Shown here piece by piece: positions 21,204-32,013 of a stretch of DNA of 64,000 bases. Below the pieces are notes generated by a model. That model was given only the letters and a program-made list of their open reading frames with translations. It had not been told where the DNA came from and made no database searches. The stretch is from an uncultured Alphaproteobacteria bacterium (lineage in GTDB: Bacteria > Pseudomonadota > Alphaproteobacteria > Rhizobiales > Xanthobacteraceae). The translations under genes and the position numbers were made by a program. Numbering within the stretch: position 1 is the stretch's first letter; the number at the start of each line of letters is the position of its first letter. The stretch spans positions 27,775 to 91,774 of the forward strand of contig CAWJYI010000026.1 in NCBI GenBank assembly GCA_963847015.1. Direction: 5' to 3'.

Positions 21204-22008
21204 TGCTGCCGCCGACGCCTTCTCGCTCGATCATTACGGAGGCGGCGACCTTTTCGGCCGCGCGCTTGCTGCCGCCGACGCCTTCGGCCGGCGCCAGCCC
21301 CGGCAAATCGACGGCGACACGGAACTGCGGATCGTGATGGGGTCCGGTGCGCTCGATCTCGCGATAGACGGGCGTCGGCAGTCCCTTGCCCTGCGCCCAT
21401 TCCTGCAACACCGTCTTGGGGTCGCGCAACGGCCGCCGCGGCTTGCGCATCCGCTCGAGCCAGTTGCGTTCGACGAACTGCGCCGCAGCCGCATAGCCGC
21501 CATCGAGATAGATGGCCCCGATCACGGCTTCGCAGATGTCGCCGAGCACGGACTTGCGCAGGCGCGCGCCTGCGCCGGCGCCAACCGCGCCGAGCTTGAT
21601 GTCGTCGAGCAGTTCGAGCGACTTTGCGACGTCGGCGCAGCTTTCCTTGCGCACGAGGTCGGCCAGGCGCTTTGACAATTCGCCCTCGTCGGCCCTCGGA
21701 TAGGCGCGATACAGCATATCGGAGACGATCAGTCCGAGCACGTGATCGCCGAGGAATTCCAGGCGCTGGTAGCTGTCGGCGCGATGCCGGGTTGCGGGTT
21801 TGAGCGCGGATACATGCGTGAACGCGGTCGTCAGCAGCGAGGGATCGGCGAATTTGTGGCCGATGCGCGCCTCGATCGCCGCGGTCGCGGCTTTGGCGCT
21901 GACCCTGCTGCGCTTCTTTCTGGGCGCAGCCTTGCTGCCGGCATCAGGCTGTGGGCTCGGTTCGCCTGACGCGGAAGGGTCCTGGATGACGGGCGTATCG
22001 TCGTTCAT
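21193..22008 (-). CDS. rnc: Ribonuclease III
   Basis: QRLEFLGD signature plus dsRBD (DPKTVLQE). Confidence 0.97.
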   Translation of the reverse strand: MNDDTPVIQDPSASGEPSPQPDAGSKAAPRKKRSRVSAKAATAAIEARIGHKFADPSLLTTAFTHVSALKPATRHRADSYQRLEFLGDHVLGLIVSDMLYRAYPRADEGELSKRLADLVRKESCADVAKSLELLDDIKLGAVGAGAGARLRKSVLGDICEAVIGAIYLDGGYAAAAQFVERNWLERMRKPRRPLRDPKTVLQEWAQGKGLPTPVYREIERTGPHHDPQFRVAVDLPGLAPAEGVGGSKRAAEKVAASVMIEREGVGGSNDS

Positions 22009-22766
22009 CGCACGATTGAAAAAATGCGATTCCAGCGCACCGCGGTCGGCCAGCGCCAGAACATCCAGGCGTGTTCGCCCTCGGCAATGGAGAAGAAGAT
22101 CATTTGCGCGCGGCCGACGATATTCTCGAATGGCACATAGCCGACCTGCCCGAGCACGCGGCTATCGGTCGAATTGTCCCGGTTGTCGCCCATCATGAAG
22201 AAATGGCCCGGGGGAACCTGATATTCGATGGTGTTGTCGTAATAGCCGTTGTCCTGGCAATCGAGCAATTCATAGGTGACGCCGTTCGGCAACGTCTCCT
22301 TCCAGCGCTTGACCCGCCCGAAGGCCTCCGACGAGCCGCAAGGGTCCTCGCCGATGAAGTCGCTGAGGCGCTCGCGCTTCACCGGCTTGTCGTTGATGTA
22401 GAGCAACCCGTCCCGCATCTGGATACGGTCGCCGGGCAAGCCGATCACGCGCTTGATGTAGTCGGTGGAGTCGTCCTTCGGCAGGCGGAACACCACGATA
22501 TCGCCGCGGTTCGGCTCCGAGCCGAAGATGCGGCCCGAGAACAGCGGCAGCGACAGCGGTATCGAATAATGGCTGTAGCCGTACGAATATTTCGAGACGA
22601 ACAGATAATCGCCGACCAGCAGCGTCGCCTTCATCGATCCGGACGGGATGTTGAACGGCTGGAACAGGAAGGTGCGGATCACAAGCGCGATCAGGAGAGC
22701 GTGGATGACGACGCGGATGGTTTCACCCAAGCCGCTTTCAGATTTTGTCCCGGATGTCACGCTCAT
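22005..22766 (-). CDS. lepB: Signal peptidase I
   Basis: IPSGSM, YIKRVIGLPGD, GDNRDNSTDSR. Confidence 0.97.
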   Translation of the reverse strand: MSVTSGTKSESGLGETIRVVIHALLIALVIRTFLFQPFNIPSGSMKATLLVGDYLFVSKYSYGYSHYSIPLSLPLFSGRIFGSEPNRGDIVVFRLPKDDSTDYIKRVIGLPGDRIQMRDGLLYINDKPVKRERLSDFIGEDPCGSSEAFGRVKRWKETLPNGVTYELLDCQDNGYYDNTIEYQVPPGHFFMMGDNRDNSTDSRVLGQVGYVPFENIVGRAQMIFFSIAEGEHAWMFWRWPTAVRWNRIFSIVR

Positions 22767-23062
22767 CGCTTTCCCGATTCCCGCAGGTTTTCGCCCGCGC
22801 GGTGGCAGAACGTTTTCCTCACGCGAATCGTCGTTCCGTTCGCGTCAAGAAAATGGTCTTGATTATGATGTTGAAGGCAAATTCCGGCGCAAACCCGAAT
22901 TCGCCTTGGCTCGATATTCTGGCTCGATTTTCGACACTGCGGCGTTTTAGACGGTTGTTCGCGGACGTGCAATCAACCGTTGTTGATAAAACCTCGCAAT
23001 CCATTGACACATCAACGATTTTTAGTTTTTGCCGGAGGTTCCGGCCCCAGCGCCCGCTGGCA

Positions 23063-23482
23063 TCATGCTTTGCCGGGAACGACCGCCGAAATTATGACGA
23101 AAGCCTGCGCCAGGGGCCAATCATCGGTGATCGAAAGATCGATCCGGGCCTCCAATCCCTCCGGCGTCAGCTCCTTCAGCCGGGCCAGCGCCCCGCCGGT
23201 CAATTGCATGGTGGGACGGCCGCCCGGCAGGTTCACGACCCCCATATCCCGCCACCAGACGCCGCGCCGGATTCCGGTGCCGAGCGCCTTGGAACAAGCC
23301 TCCTTGGCGGCAAACCGCTTGGCGTAGGTCGCCACCACCATCTTCTCGCTGTTGGCGCGGCGCGCGGCCCTGGCGCGTTCGGCATCGGTGAAAATGCGGT
23401 CGAGGAAACGCTCGCCGTGCCGCTCGATCACCTTGGCGACGCGGGTGATGTCGATCAGGTCGGAGCCGATACCGATGATCAT
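23063..23482 (-). CDS. acpS: Holo-ACP synthase
   Basis: [22 protein letters not shown]. Confidence 0.97.
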   Translation of the reverse strand: MIIGIGSDLIDITRVAKVIERHGERFLDRIFTDAERARAARRANSEKMVVATYAKRFAAKEACSKALGTGIRRGVWWRDMGVVNLPGGRPTMQLTGGALARLKELTPEGLEARIDLSITDDWPLAQAFVIISAVVPGKA

Positions 23483-23489
23483 GCCTTGA

Positions 23490-24257
23490 TCATCCCTTGC
23501 CCGCGATGGCCTGGCGGCCGCGGTCCATGGCGGATCGCATGGTGCGGACGGTCTGCCCGAGGCCGACGAAAAGCGCCTCCCCCATCATGAAGTAGCCGAT
23601 GTTCAGTTCGGCGATCTCGGGCAACGCGGCGATCGTCTCCGCGGTCTCGTAATCGAGGCCGTGGCCGGCATGAACCTCGAGGCCTGCGGCGCGCGCCAGC
23701 GCCGCGCCCTTGACGATGCGCTGCCATTCGGCCTCGGCCTTCGCCGTGTGGCCGTCGACGACGGCGTCACACCAGCCGCCGGTGTGGATTTCGATCACGG
23801 GCGCGCGCAGCTTTGCCGCCATTTCGATCTGCTGCGGATCAGCCGCGATGAACAGCGACACCCTGATTCCGGCATCGTTGAGACGCGCGATAAAGGGCGC
23901 GAGCGCGTTATGCTGGCCGGCCACGTCGAGCCCGCCTTCGGTCGTAAGCTCTTCGCGGCGCTCGGGCACCAGGCACACCGCATGCGGCCTGGTGGCCAGC
24001 GAGATTTTCAGCATGTCCTCGGTTGCGGCCATCTCGAAATTCAGGGGTTTGGAGATTTCAGCCTTCAACCGCGCCATGTCGTCGTCGCGGATATGGCGGC
24101 GGTCCTCGCGCAAATGCGCGGTGATGCCGTCGGCGCCGGCTGCAATGGCGGCGAGCGCGGCGCGCACCGGATCCGGGCGCGCGCCGCCCCGCGCGTTGCG
24201 AAGGGTGGCGACGTGATCGACATTGACTCCGAGGCGCAGCGGAGGAGCTTTCGGCAT
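23490..24257 (-). CDS. pdxJ: Pyridoxine 5'-phosphate synthase
   Basis: [30 protein letters not shown]. Confidence 0.97.
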   Translation of the reverse strand: MPKAPPLRLGVNVDHVATLRNARGGARPDPVRAALAAIAAGADGITAHLREDRRHIRDDDMARLKAEISKPLNFEMAATEDMLKISLATRPHAVCLVPERREELTTEGGLDVAGQHNALAPFIARLNDAGIRVSLFIAADPQQIEMAAKLRAPVIEIHTGGWCDAVVDGHTAKAEAEWQRIVKGAALARAAGLEVHAGHGLDYETAETIAALPEIAELNIGYFMMGEALFVGLGQTVRTMRSAMDRGRQAIAGKG

Positions 24258-24285
24258 TACGAACTCATGGATTTAGCGGGCGAAT

Positions 24286-26580
24286 TTACCCATTAACGCG
24301 CTCGACCCGTGCGACGACAGCCTTCGCGCGCAACTGGGCGATAATAGCGCTGAGATGCTTCAGGTCATAGACCTCCAGGTCAATCGTCAATTCCGTGAAG
24401 TCGGGCGAGCGGCGCGACATGCTGATATTGTCGATATTGCCGTCATGCTCGGCGATCACGGTGGCGACCTGGGCAAGGCTTCCGGGCTCGTTGACATTGT
24501 CGACCTTGATGCGGGCCGGGAAACGCTGCGGCATGGTCTCGTCGACGTCCCAGCGCACGTCGAGCCAGCGCTCCGGCTCTTCCTCGAAATCCTTCAGGGC
24601 CGGCGACTGGATCGGGTAGATCGTGATCCCCTCGCCCGGCGTCACGATTCCGACGATGCGATCGCCCGGCACGGCGCCGCCGTTCGGCGCAAACTTGACC
24701 GGCAAATCGGAATTGATGCCGCGCACCGGGATCACCGAGGCGGCGCGCGCGGGGTGCGGCGGCGCCGCCTTCAGCTTCAGCTTGACCGCGAGGCTCTTCT
24801 TGGCCCCGTAGCGCACCATCCGCTCTTCCTTGTAGTCCGGATACATCGCACGCGCGACGTCGGAGGCCTTCAATTCGCCGCGCCCGACGGACGCCATCAC
24901 GTCCTCGATCGAGGTACGCGCCAGCCGCGGCAAAGCCCCCTTCAGCTTGTCGTCGGCATATTCGATCTTGGCGCGGGCAAACAGGCGGTCGACGATGCGG
25001 CGGCCGAGGCCTGCATACTGATCGCGCACGGCGGTACGGGTCGCGCGGCGGATCGCCGCCCGCGCCTTGCCGGTGACCGCAAGCGATTCCCAGGCCGATG
25101 GCGGCGCCGCCTGCGCCTGCGACGTCAGGACCTCGACCTCGTCGCCGTTCTGCAATTCGGACGACAATGGCGCGAATTTGCCGTTGATCTTGCAGCCGAC
25201 CGCGCTGTTGCCGACATCGGTGTGCACGGCATAGGCGAAGTCGATCACGTTGGCTTGCCGCGGCAGCGCGATCAGTTTTCCCTTGGGCGTGAAGCAGAAC
25301 ACCTGGTCGTGGAACAGTTCGAGCTTGGTGTGCTCCAGGAACTCTTCCGGGTTGGCGCTTTCCGAGAGGATGCCGACGGTATGGCGCAGCCACGCAAAGG
25401 CGTTGGATTCGTGCTTGAGACGCTCGGTCGGCGAACCCAGACTGTCCTTGTAGAACGCGTGCGCGGCGATGCCGAATTCGGCGATCTGGTTCATCTCCTC
25501 GGTGCGGAGTTGTAGTTCGACGCGCTGCTTGCCGGGACCGATCACGGTGGTGTGAATCGAGCGATAGTCGTTCTGCTTGGGCGTCGAGATGTAGTCCTTG
25601 AAGCGCCCGGGCACCACCGGCCAGGTCGTGTGCACGACACCGAGCGCGCGGTAGCAGGCCTCGATGTCCGGCATGACGACGCGGAAACCATAGATGTCGG
25701 ACAATTGTTCGAAGCCGACCGACTTGCGCTCCATCTTGGTCCAGATCGAAAACGGCTGCTTGCGGCGGCCATAGACCCGCGCGGTAATGCCGTTCTTCTG
25801 CAAATTCTTGGAAAGCTGGCTTTCGATCTCGCCGATCAGATTGCGGTTGCGATCGGCGAGCGAATCCAGCCGCTGCATCACCACCGCATAGGCTTCCGGG
25901 TCGAGCGTGTGGAAGGAAAGATCTTCGAGCTCTTCCCGCATCTCCTGCATGCCCATGCGGCCGGCAAGCGGAGCATAGATGTCGAGCGTCTCCTCGGCGA
26001 TGCGCCGGCGCGAGGCGTGGGGCACGAATTCCAGCGTGCGCATATTATGCAGGCGATCGGCGAGCTTGATCAGCAGCACGCGGACATCGTCGGCGATCGC
26101 CAGCAACAGCTTGCGCAAATTCTCGGCCTGCTTGGCCTCGCGCGAAACGAGCTCCAGCCGCTTCAGCTTGGTGAGGCCCTCCACCAGCACGCCGATCTCA
26201 TGGCCGAACACATGGTCGATCTCGGCGCGGGTCGCCTCGGTGTCCTCGATGGTATCGTGCAGCAGCGCCGCGACGATGGTGGCGTCGTCGAGCTTGAGGC
26301 CGGTGAGGATCGCCGCCACCTCGAGCGGATGCGAGAAATAGGGATCGCCGGAAGCGCGGGTCTGCGTGCCGTGCGCCTTCATGGCATAGACATAGGCGCG
26401 GTTGAGCAGGTCTTCGTTGGTGTCCGGGTTATACGACCGGACGCGCTCGACGAGATCGTATTGCCGCATCATGCGCGAGCGCGGCTTTGCCGGCTTCTCC
26501 GCCACAGGCGACGCCGGCGCTACCGCAACCTGGTCGGTCGCGGCCTGCATCTGCCGGGGAGTACGGCGCCAATACGCCAT
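24286..26580 (-). CDS. spoT: Bifunctional (p)ppGpp synthetase/hydrolase (Rel/SpoT homolog)
   Basis: HD domain LHDTIED, KLADRLHNMRT, synthetase, TGS and ACT domains. Confidence 0.95.
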   Translation of the reverse strand: MAYWRRTPRQMQAATDQVAVAPASPVAEKPAKPRSRMMRQYDLVERVRSYNPDTNEDLLNRAYVYAMKAHGTQTRASGDPYFSHPLEVAAILTGLKLDDATIVAALLHDTIEDTEATRAEIDHVFGHEIGVLVEGLTKLKRLELVSREAKQAENLRKLLLAIADDVRVLLIKLADRLHNMRTLEFVPHASRRRIAEETLDIYAPLAGRMGMQEMREELEDLSFHTLDPEAYAVVMQRLDSLADRNRNLIGEIESQLSKNLQKNGITARVYGRRKQPFSIWTKMERKSVGFEQLSDIYGFRVVMPDIEACYRALGVVHTTWPVVPGRFKDYISTPKQNDYRSIHTTVIGPGKQRVELQLRTEEMNQIAEFGIAAHAFYKDSLGSPTERLKHESNAFAWLRHTVGILSESANPEEFLEHTKLELFHDQVFCFTPKGKLIALPRQANVIDFAYAVHTDVGNSAVGCKINGKFAPLSSELQNGDEVEVLTSQAQAAPPSAWESLAVTGKARAAIRRATRTAVRDQYAGLGRRIVDRLFARAKIEYADDKLKGALPRLARTSIEDVMASVGRGELKASDVARAMYPDYKEERMVRYGAKKSLAVKLKLKAAPPHPARAASVIPVRGINSDLPVKFAPNGGAVPGDRIVGIVTPGEGITIYPIQSPALKDFEEEPERWLDVRWDVDETMPQRFPARIKVDNVNEPGSLAQVATVIAEHDGNIDNISMSRRSPDFTELTIDLEVYDLKHLSAIIAQLRAKAVVARVERVNG

Positions 26581-26795
26581 CGAATCACTGCCTTCATCCG
26601 CGGACCGAACTGGCCCGCTCTCGGATTATCTAATGCGTTTTCGAACGCGGCCGCACCTTAATAGGGCCGCGAAACGATCAATTTCGTATGGCTTTGGCCA
26701 TCGCAACGCCAAACCCATGGACGGCTTGCGCCGTAATCGAGCCTGCCGATATCGGCCGCGCCGCCAAGCACGCATCGTAACGGCAGAAATGTCAA

Positions 26796-26829
26796 CAAAA
26801 GCAAAGGCCCGGACAAATATCCGGGCCTT
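26796..26829 (-). terminator. Intrinsic terminator after rpoZ
   Basis: aaggcccgga/tccgggcctt stem followed by a T-rich tract on the minus strand. Confidence 0.65.
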
Positions 26830-26855
26830 CGACAGATCAGGGAGTTCGGGACGGC

Positions 26856-27248
26856 CTATTCGTCCTCTTCGGGCTGCTCTTCCGGCGGCGCCAGGCCCTC
26901 AAGACCCTTCAGCAACTCTTCCTCGGTCATGCGCTCGACCGCGACCTCGGTGTCGTCGGCATCGACGCTGGCCCCGGCGGAACCGATCAACGGCACGGTG
27001 TCGGGTTCTGGCTCGTCGACTTCGACGAATTTTTGCAGGGAATGAACCAGTTCCTCGCGCAGATCTTCCGGGGAGATCGATGAATCGGCGATTTCCCGCA
27101 GCGAAACAACCGGGTTCTTGTCGTTATCGCGATCTACCGTTAGTTGTGAGCCGGACGAAATCATACGGGCGCGATGTGCCGCCAGCAGAACCAGATCGAA
27201 CCGGTTGTCGACCTTATCAATGCAATCTTCGACGGTGACGCGCGCCAT
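26856..27248 (-). CDS. rpoZ: RNA polymerase omega subunit
   Basis: [28 protein letters not shown]. Confidence 0.97.
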   Translation of the reverse strand: MARVTVEDCIDKVDNRFDLVLLAAHRARMISSGSQLTVDRDNDKNPVVSLREIADSSISPEDLREELVHSLQKFVEVDEPEPDTVPLIGSAGASVDADDTEVAVERMTEEELLKGLEGLAPPEEQPEEDE

Positions 27249-27597
27249 GAACTGTCGCTCCGCTATATGGGGGCCAATATGTTGGTTATGGGGGGTAGTT
27301 ATAGCGGTAAATGGCCTTTCGCAAGGCCAAATTTGCAATTTGCCTTCCCCATAGGCTCTGCTACCCCAGCCCGGGCCCGCAGGTCGGAACGTCCCGGAAC
27401 ATTGCCAAGTGCCGTCCCGGGCAAGCAAATCTTATGATTGTGTCGTCAAAAGACTAGGTTTTTCGCCCTCGCCTCACCATAATTGCAGTGGTGACTGTCG
27501 TGGGGAAGATTCACCGAACTTTAGACAGCAAAACTGGAAATGCGCGCGGTCGATTCCCGTTGCGCCAGCACATTAACAACAACGCGAGAAACCTTTG

Positions 27598-28230
27598 ATG
27601 TCACCCGTTTCCAACAAGATCGCGCTCTTCATCGATGGCGCCAACCTTTATGCAACTGCCAAGACGCTCGGCTTCGACATCGATTACAAGCGCCTTCTCA
27701 AGGAATTTCAGAGCCGCGGGACATTGCTGCGCGCGTTCTACTACACGGCGATTATCGAAGATCAGGAATATTCGTCGATCCGCCCGTTGATCGACTGGCT
27801 CGACTATAACGGCTACACCGTCGTCACCAAGGCAACCAAGGAATTCATCGACGCCAGCGGCCGCCGCAAGGTGAAAGGCAACATGGACATCGAACTCGCG
27901 GTCGATGCCATGGAACTCGCCGAACATGTCGACCAGATGGTGCTGTTCTCCGGCGATGGCGATTTCCGCTCGCTGGTTGAAGCAGTCCAGCGGCGCGGCG
28001 TTCGCGTCACCGTGGTCTCGACGATTTCGAGCCAGCCGCCGATGATCGCCGACGAACTGCGGCGCCAGGCCGACGTCTTCACCGACCTCGTCGAACTGCA
28101 ATCCAAGCTCGGCCGCGATCCCTCCGAGCGCCCTGCCCCGCGCGAGCCGCGTCATCACGCACCGCAATTCCTGCAGCGGGCGACCACCATGGCGCCGCGA
28201 GGGGCCGATGACGAAGATTTCGACGATTGA
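27598..28230 (+). CDS. NYN domain (LabA/DUF88) protein
   Basis: FIDGANL, KGNMDIELAVD, SGDGDF. Confidence 0.92.
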   Translation: MSPVSNKIALFIDGANLYATAKTLGFDIDYKRLLKEFQSRGTLLRAFYYTAIIEDQEYSSIRPLIDWLDYNGYTVVTKATKEFIDASGRRKVKGNMDIELAVDAMELAEHVDQMVLFSGDGDFRSLVEAVQRRGVRVTVVSTISSQPPMIADELRRQADVFTDLVELQSKLGRDPSERPAPREPRHHAPQFLQRATTMAPRGADDEDFDD

Positions 28231-28365
28231 GAATGATGTGACGTACTGCTAGGCCTCGGTTCTGATTGAAACGGAACCGGGGCTTTTTATTTTGACGGCT
28301 TTTCCACCGCAGACAGATCTACGCGGTCCGCGTGGGCTTCGTGTCAAAAACGCCGTGGTCCGCCG

Positions 28366-29019
28366 ATGACCCGCAAGGCCGCCCGTCTTCCCGCCGAACC
28401 CGACCGCAATTGTCCGCTTTGTCCGCGGCTCGCCGAGTTTCGCGCCCAGGCGCGCACGCGCGAACCGGACTGGTTCAATTCGCCGGTCACCTCGTTCGGC
28501 GATCCCTCCGCACAATTGTTGATCGTGGGCCTCGCACCCGGCATGCAGGGCGCCAACCGTACCGGGCGTCCCTTCACCGGCGACTATGCCGGCGACCTGC
28601 TCTACGCGACCTTGCTTGAATACGGCTTTGCCAGCGGCGTCTATCAGGCGCGGCCCGACGACGGGTTGAAGCTGGTCGATTGCCGGATTTCCAACGCCGT
28701 GCGCTGCGTGCCGCCGCAGAACAAACCGTTGCCCGTGGAGATCAACACCTGCCGGCAATTCCTGTCCGCGACCATTGCCACCATGCCAAAATTGCGCGCG
28801 ATCGTGCTGCTCGGCCGCATCGCCCATGAATCGACACTGAAAGCGGTGGGCCTTCGTAGTGCCGCCGCGCCCTTTGCGCACGGTGCGGTGCATATGGCCG
28901 GCACCATCAAGCTCTACGACAGCTACCATTGCTCGCGCTACAACACCAACACCGGCGTGCTGACGCCAAAGATGTTTCGCAGCGTGTTTGCGAAAGTGCG
29001 CGCGGATCTGGACCAATAG
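28366..29019 (+). CDS. Uracil-DNA glycosylase (family 5-like, Fe-S)
   Basis: CPLCPRL, GLAPG...GANRTGRPFTGD, HCSRYNTNT. Confidence 0.9.
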   Translation: MTRKAARLPAEPDRNCPLCPRLAEFRAQARTREPDWFNSPVTSFGDPSAQLLIVGLAPGMQGANRTGRPFTGDYAGDLLYATLLEYGFASGVYQARPDDGLKLVDCRISNAVRCVPPQNKPLPVEINTCRQFLSATIATMPKLRAIVLLGRIAHESTLKAVGLRSAAAPFAHGAVHMAGTIKLYDSYHCSRYNTNTGVLTPKMFRSVFAKVRADLDQ

Positions 29020-29106
29020 CATTTTGGGGTGGGCCCAAGGGGTTTGCCAAGGACAGGCCAAGCGTAAGCGTCCCCGCCCCTCAGGATCGGATTATTTCGA
29101 CGCTGG

Positions 29107-29683
29107 CTAAACCGGGTTTGCCTTCAGCCACGCCAGCACGTCACCTGCATTTCGGTCCGGCGGAAACACCGGATAGAACACATGCGTGATGCGCCGCATC
29201 ATCGACGATCAGCGCCAGCCGCTTGATCAGCGTCAACCCTGCCACCTGCATGGTCGGCAATTTCAGGGCGCGGGTCAGCGCCAGCTTCTCGTCGGACAGA
29301 ACCGGAAACGGCAGGTGCAGCCGTGAGGCCATTTCGGTCTGGTAGACATTGTCCTGCGTCGAGAGGCCGAACACCTGCTTCGCGCCGGCGGCCTTCAGCT
29401 CCTTGAACAGGTCGCGGAACGAGCAGGTCTGGGGCGTGCAGCCGCGCGCGCCGGGGATCATGTCCCAATCATCGACCAGGCTGATCTTGCCGGGCTCGCC
29501 GGTGCGGGGATAGGCGAACACGACCGTGCGGCCCTGCAGCGCCGACAGCGCAACCGACGTGTCGTCGGTGGCCACCAGGCTGATCGGCGGGATCGTCATG
29601 CCCTTCAGATGCGCAGCCGCGCCATCGTCCGTCGGCGCCGGGATCTTGCTCCAGTCGACTTCGAGCAGGTTTTTCTGGTTCAT
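29107..29683 (-). CDS. Peroxiredoxin (BCP-like); frameshift near 29192
   Basis: PGARGCTPQTC; the alternate frame ends VFYPVFPPDRNAGDVLAWLKANPV*. Confidence 0.85.
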
Positions 29684-29701
29684 CGTTTAATTCTCCATTG
29701 G

Positions 29702-29787
29702 CCGTCATTGCGAGGAGCGTAGCGACGAAGCAATCCATACTTCTTTTCGCGGCGCGATGGATCGCTTCGCTTTGCTCGCAATGACGG
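29702..29787. repeat. REP/RPE-type palindromic element
   Basis: ccgtcattgcgag...gcgacgaagcaatcca / tggatcgcttcgc...ctcgcaatgacgg. Confidence 0.8.
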
Positions 29788-29806
29788 AAGGAGGCAGGAC
29801 ACTAGC

Positions 29807-30280
29807 TTACCCCCGCGCCCGCAACAGGCGGCCCTTCTCCCTGCCCCAATCGCGCTTCTTTTCGCTCTCGCGCTTGTCGTGCAGCTTCTTGCCCTTCGCC
29901 ACCGCGAGCAACAGCTTGGCGCGGCCGCGCTCGTTGAAATAGAGCTTTAGCGGAATCAGGGTCATGCCGTCGCGATCGACCGCACCCATCAGCTTGTTGA
30001 TCTGCTTTCGGTGCAGCAGCAGTTTGCGCGGCCGTTTCGGCTCATGATTGAAGCGGTTGGCCTGCAGATATTCCGGAATATTGGCGTTGATCAGCCAAAT
30101 CTCGCCGTCCTTGGAATCCGCGTAGGATTCCGCAATCGTGGTCTTGCCGTTACGGATCGACTTCACTTCGGTGCCGGTCAGTGCGATGCCGGTCTCGATC
30201 GTGTCCTCGATCGCGTAGTTGAACCGGGCCTTGCGGTTTTCGGCGACAATTTTGATCGGGCGTTCTTTTTTCTCGGCCAC
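29807..30280 (-). CDS. smpB: SsrA-binding protein
   Basis: [31 protein letters not shown]. Confidence 0.97.
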   Translation of the reverse strand: MAEKKERPIKIVAENRKARFNYAIEDTIETGIALTGTEVKSIRNGKTTIAESYADSKDGEIWLINANIPEYLQANRFNHEPKRPRKLLLHRKQINKLMGAVDRDGMTLIPLKLYFNERGRAKLLLAVAKGKKLHDKRESEKKRDWGREKGRLLRARG

Positions 30281-30281
30281 A

Positions 30282-30695
30282 TCAAGCCTTCTTGAGGAGA
30301 TCGCGGATCTCGGTCAGCAATTCTTCCTGGCGCGTCGGCTTCGACGGCGCGGGCGCGGCTTCGTCCTTGCGCTTCAGCGTGTTCATGGACCGTATGACGA
30401 TGAACAGCACGAAGGCAATGATAACAAAATTCAGCGTTAGGGTCAGGAAGTTGCCCCAGGCCATCACCGCGCCCTGCTTCTTGGCGTCGGCCAGATTGGT
30501 TGCCGTCACCGACTTCGACAATGCGGTGAAATAATTGGAGAAGTCGAGACCGCCGGTGATCGCGCCGATCAGCGGCATGACGATATCGCCGACCAGCGAA
30601 GTCACGATGGCCCCGAAGGCCGCGCCGATGATCACGCCGACCGCGAGATCGACCACATTGCCCTTCATCGCGAATTCGCGGAATTCCTTGAGCAT
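30282..30695 (-). CDS. mscL: Large-conductance mechanosensitive channel
   Basis: [24 protein letters not shown]...LLTEIRDLL. Confidence 0.97.
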   Translation of the reverse strand: MLKEFREFAMKGNVVDLAVGVIIGAAFGAIVTSLVGDIVMPLIGAITGGLDFSNYFTALSKSVTATNLADAKKQGAVMAWGNFLTLTLNFVIIAFVLFIVIRSMNTLKRKDEAAPAPSKPTRQEELLTEIRDLLKKA

Positions 30696-30832
30696 CTGCA
30701 GCCCCTTCTCTTCAGCTTCACGAACAGGAGAATTCATGACGGCAACGCCAAGGTCTTGATCTCCTGGTCGCGCATGCGCTTTCGGAAAGCCGGTTTCCGC
30801 TTTGCGCCAGCCGCGGCCCTCGGTCCGGATCC

Positions 30833-31723
30833 TCAGTTAATCAGGCCTGCGTGAACCATGGCGCTGCGCACGGCAACGCGCGTCGGCTCGGACACCGGGA
30901 CCATCGGCAGGCGCAGCTTCTCGTCCATCTTGCCGAGCAGCGACATCGCATATTTGATTGGCGCCGGGTTGGACTCGATGAAGAGATTGGTGTGCAGCGG
31001 CATCAGCTTGTCGTGCACCTTGAGCGCGGTGGCGACATCGCCCTTTTGCCAGGCCGCGTGGAATTCCGCGCATAGCCTGGGCGCGACATTCGACGTCACC
31101 GAGATGCAGCCATGGCCGCCATGCGCCATGTAGCCGAGGATGGTGGCATCCTCACCCGACAATTGATTGAAGTCCTCGCCCATCGCGGCACGCTGCTGCG
31201 AGACCCGCACCATGCTGGCGGTCGCGTCCTTGACGCCTGCGATGTTCTTCAGTTCGAACAGGCGCGTCATGGTATCGACCGACATGTCGATCACCGAACG
31301 CGGCGGAATGTTGTAGATGATGATCGGAATGTTGATGGCGTCGTTGATCGCCTTGAAGTGCTGGTACATGCCTTCTTGCGTCGGCTTGTTGTAATACGGC
31401 GTCACCACCAGCACCGCGTCCGCCCCCGCCTTCTCCGCATGTTCGGCGAGCTCGATGGCCTCCTTGGTCGAATTGGAGCCGGCGCCGGCGATCACGGGCA
31501 CCCGGCCCTTGGCCTCCTCGATGCACCATTCGACGACGCGCCTGTGCTCGTCATGGCTCACGGTCGGGCTTTCGCCGGTGGTGCCGACCGGCACCAAGCC
31601 GTTGGTGCCCTCGGCGATTTGCCAGTTCACCAGGCCACGGAAAGCGGCCTCGTCGAGCGAGCCGTTCTTGAATGGCGTGACCAAGGCGGTGAACGAACCC
31701 CGGAATTTTGTCTTGGCTGCCAT
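30833..31723 (-). CDS. dapA: 4-hydroxy-tetrahydrodipicolinate synthase
   Basis: [28 protein letters not shown]. Confidence 0.97.
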   Translation of the reverse strand: MAAKTKFRGSFTALVTPFKNGSLDEAAFRGLVNWQIAEGTNGLVPVGTTGESPTVSHDEHRRVVEWCIEEAKGRVPVIAGAGSNSTKEAIELAEHAEKAGADAVLVVTPYYNKPTQEGMYQHFKAINDAINIPIIIYNIPPRSVIDMSVDTMTRLFELKNIAGVKDATASMVRVSQQRAAMGEDFNQLSGEDATILGYMAHGGHGCISVTSNVAPRLCAEFHAAWQKGDVATALKVHDKLMPLHTNLFIESNPAPIKYAMSLLGKMDEKLRLPMVPVSEPTRVAVRSAMVHAGLIN

Positions 31724-32013
31724 GGACTTCCTCCAACGCGCGAGTTTACGGCACTACCGATAATGAACCCAATTCATATCGGGTCTGGCGATCAGGCGAA
31801 AGGGCCGCCCGGTCTGGTCCTAGTCCTTTGTTTTGACGCGCTTTCTTAACACGAACCGGTACCACTTCGCCCCGAGAGGCAATAGCCGCGATTTCGCCGC
31901 GGTGATGGCGCAAACAGCGTCCGCGGCGAGTTTTTTAGCATTTTATCCACATATTCAATCAAATGGACCTAAGGCTTCAGCGATTGAATGATTCGCCGCC
32001 GCAGAGGAAAGCC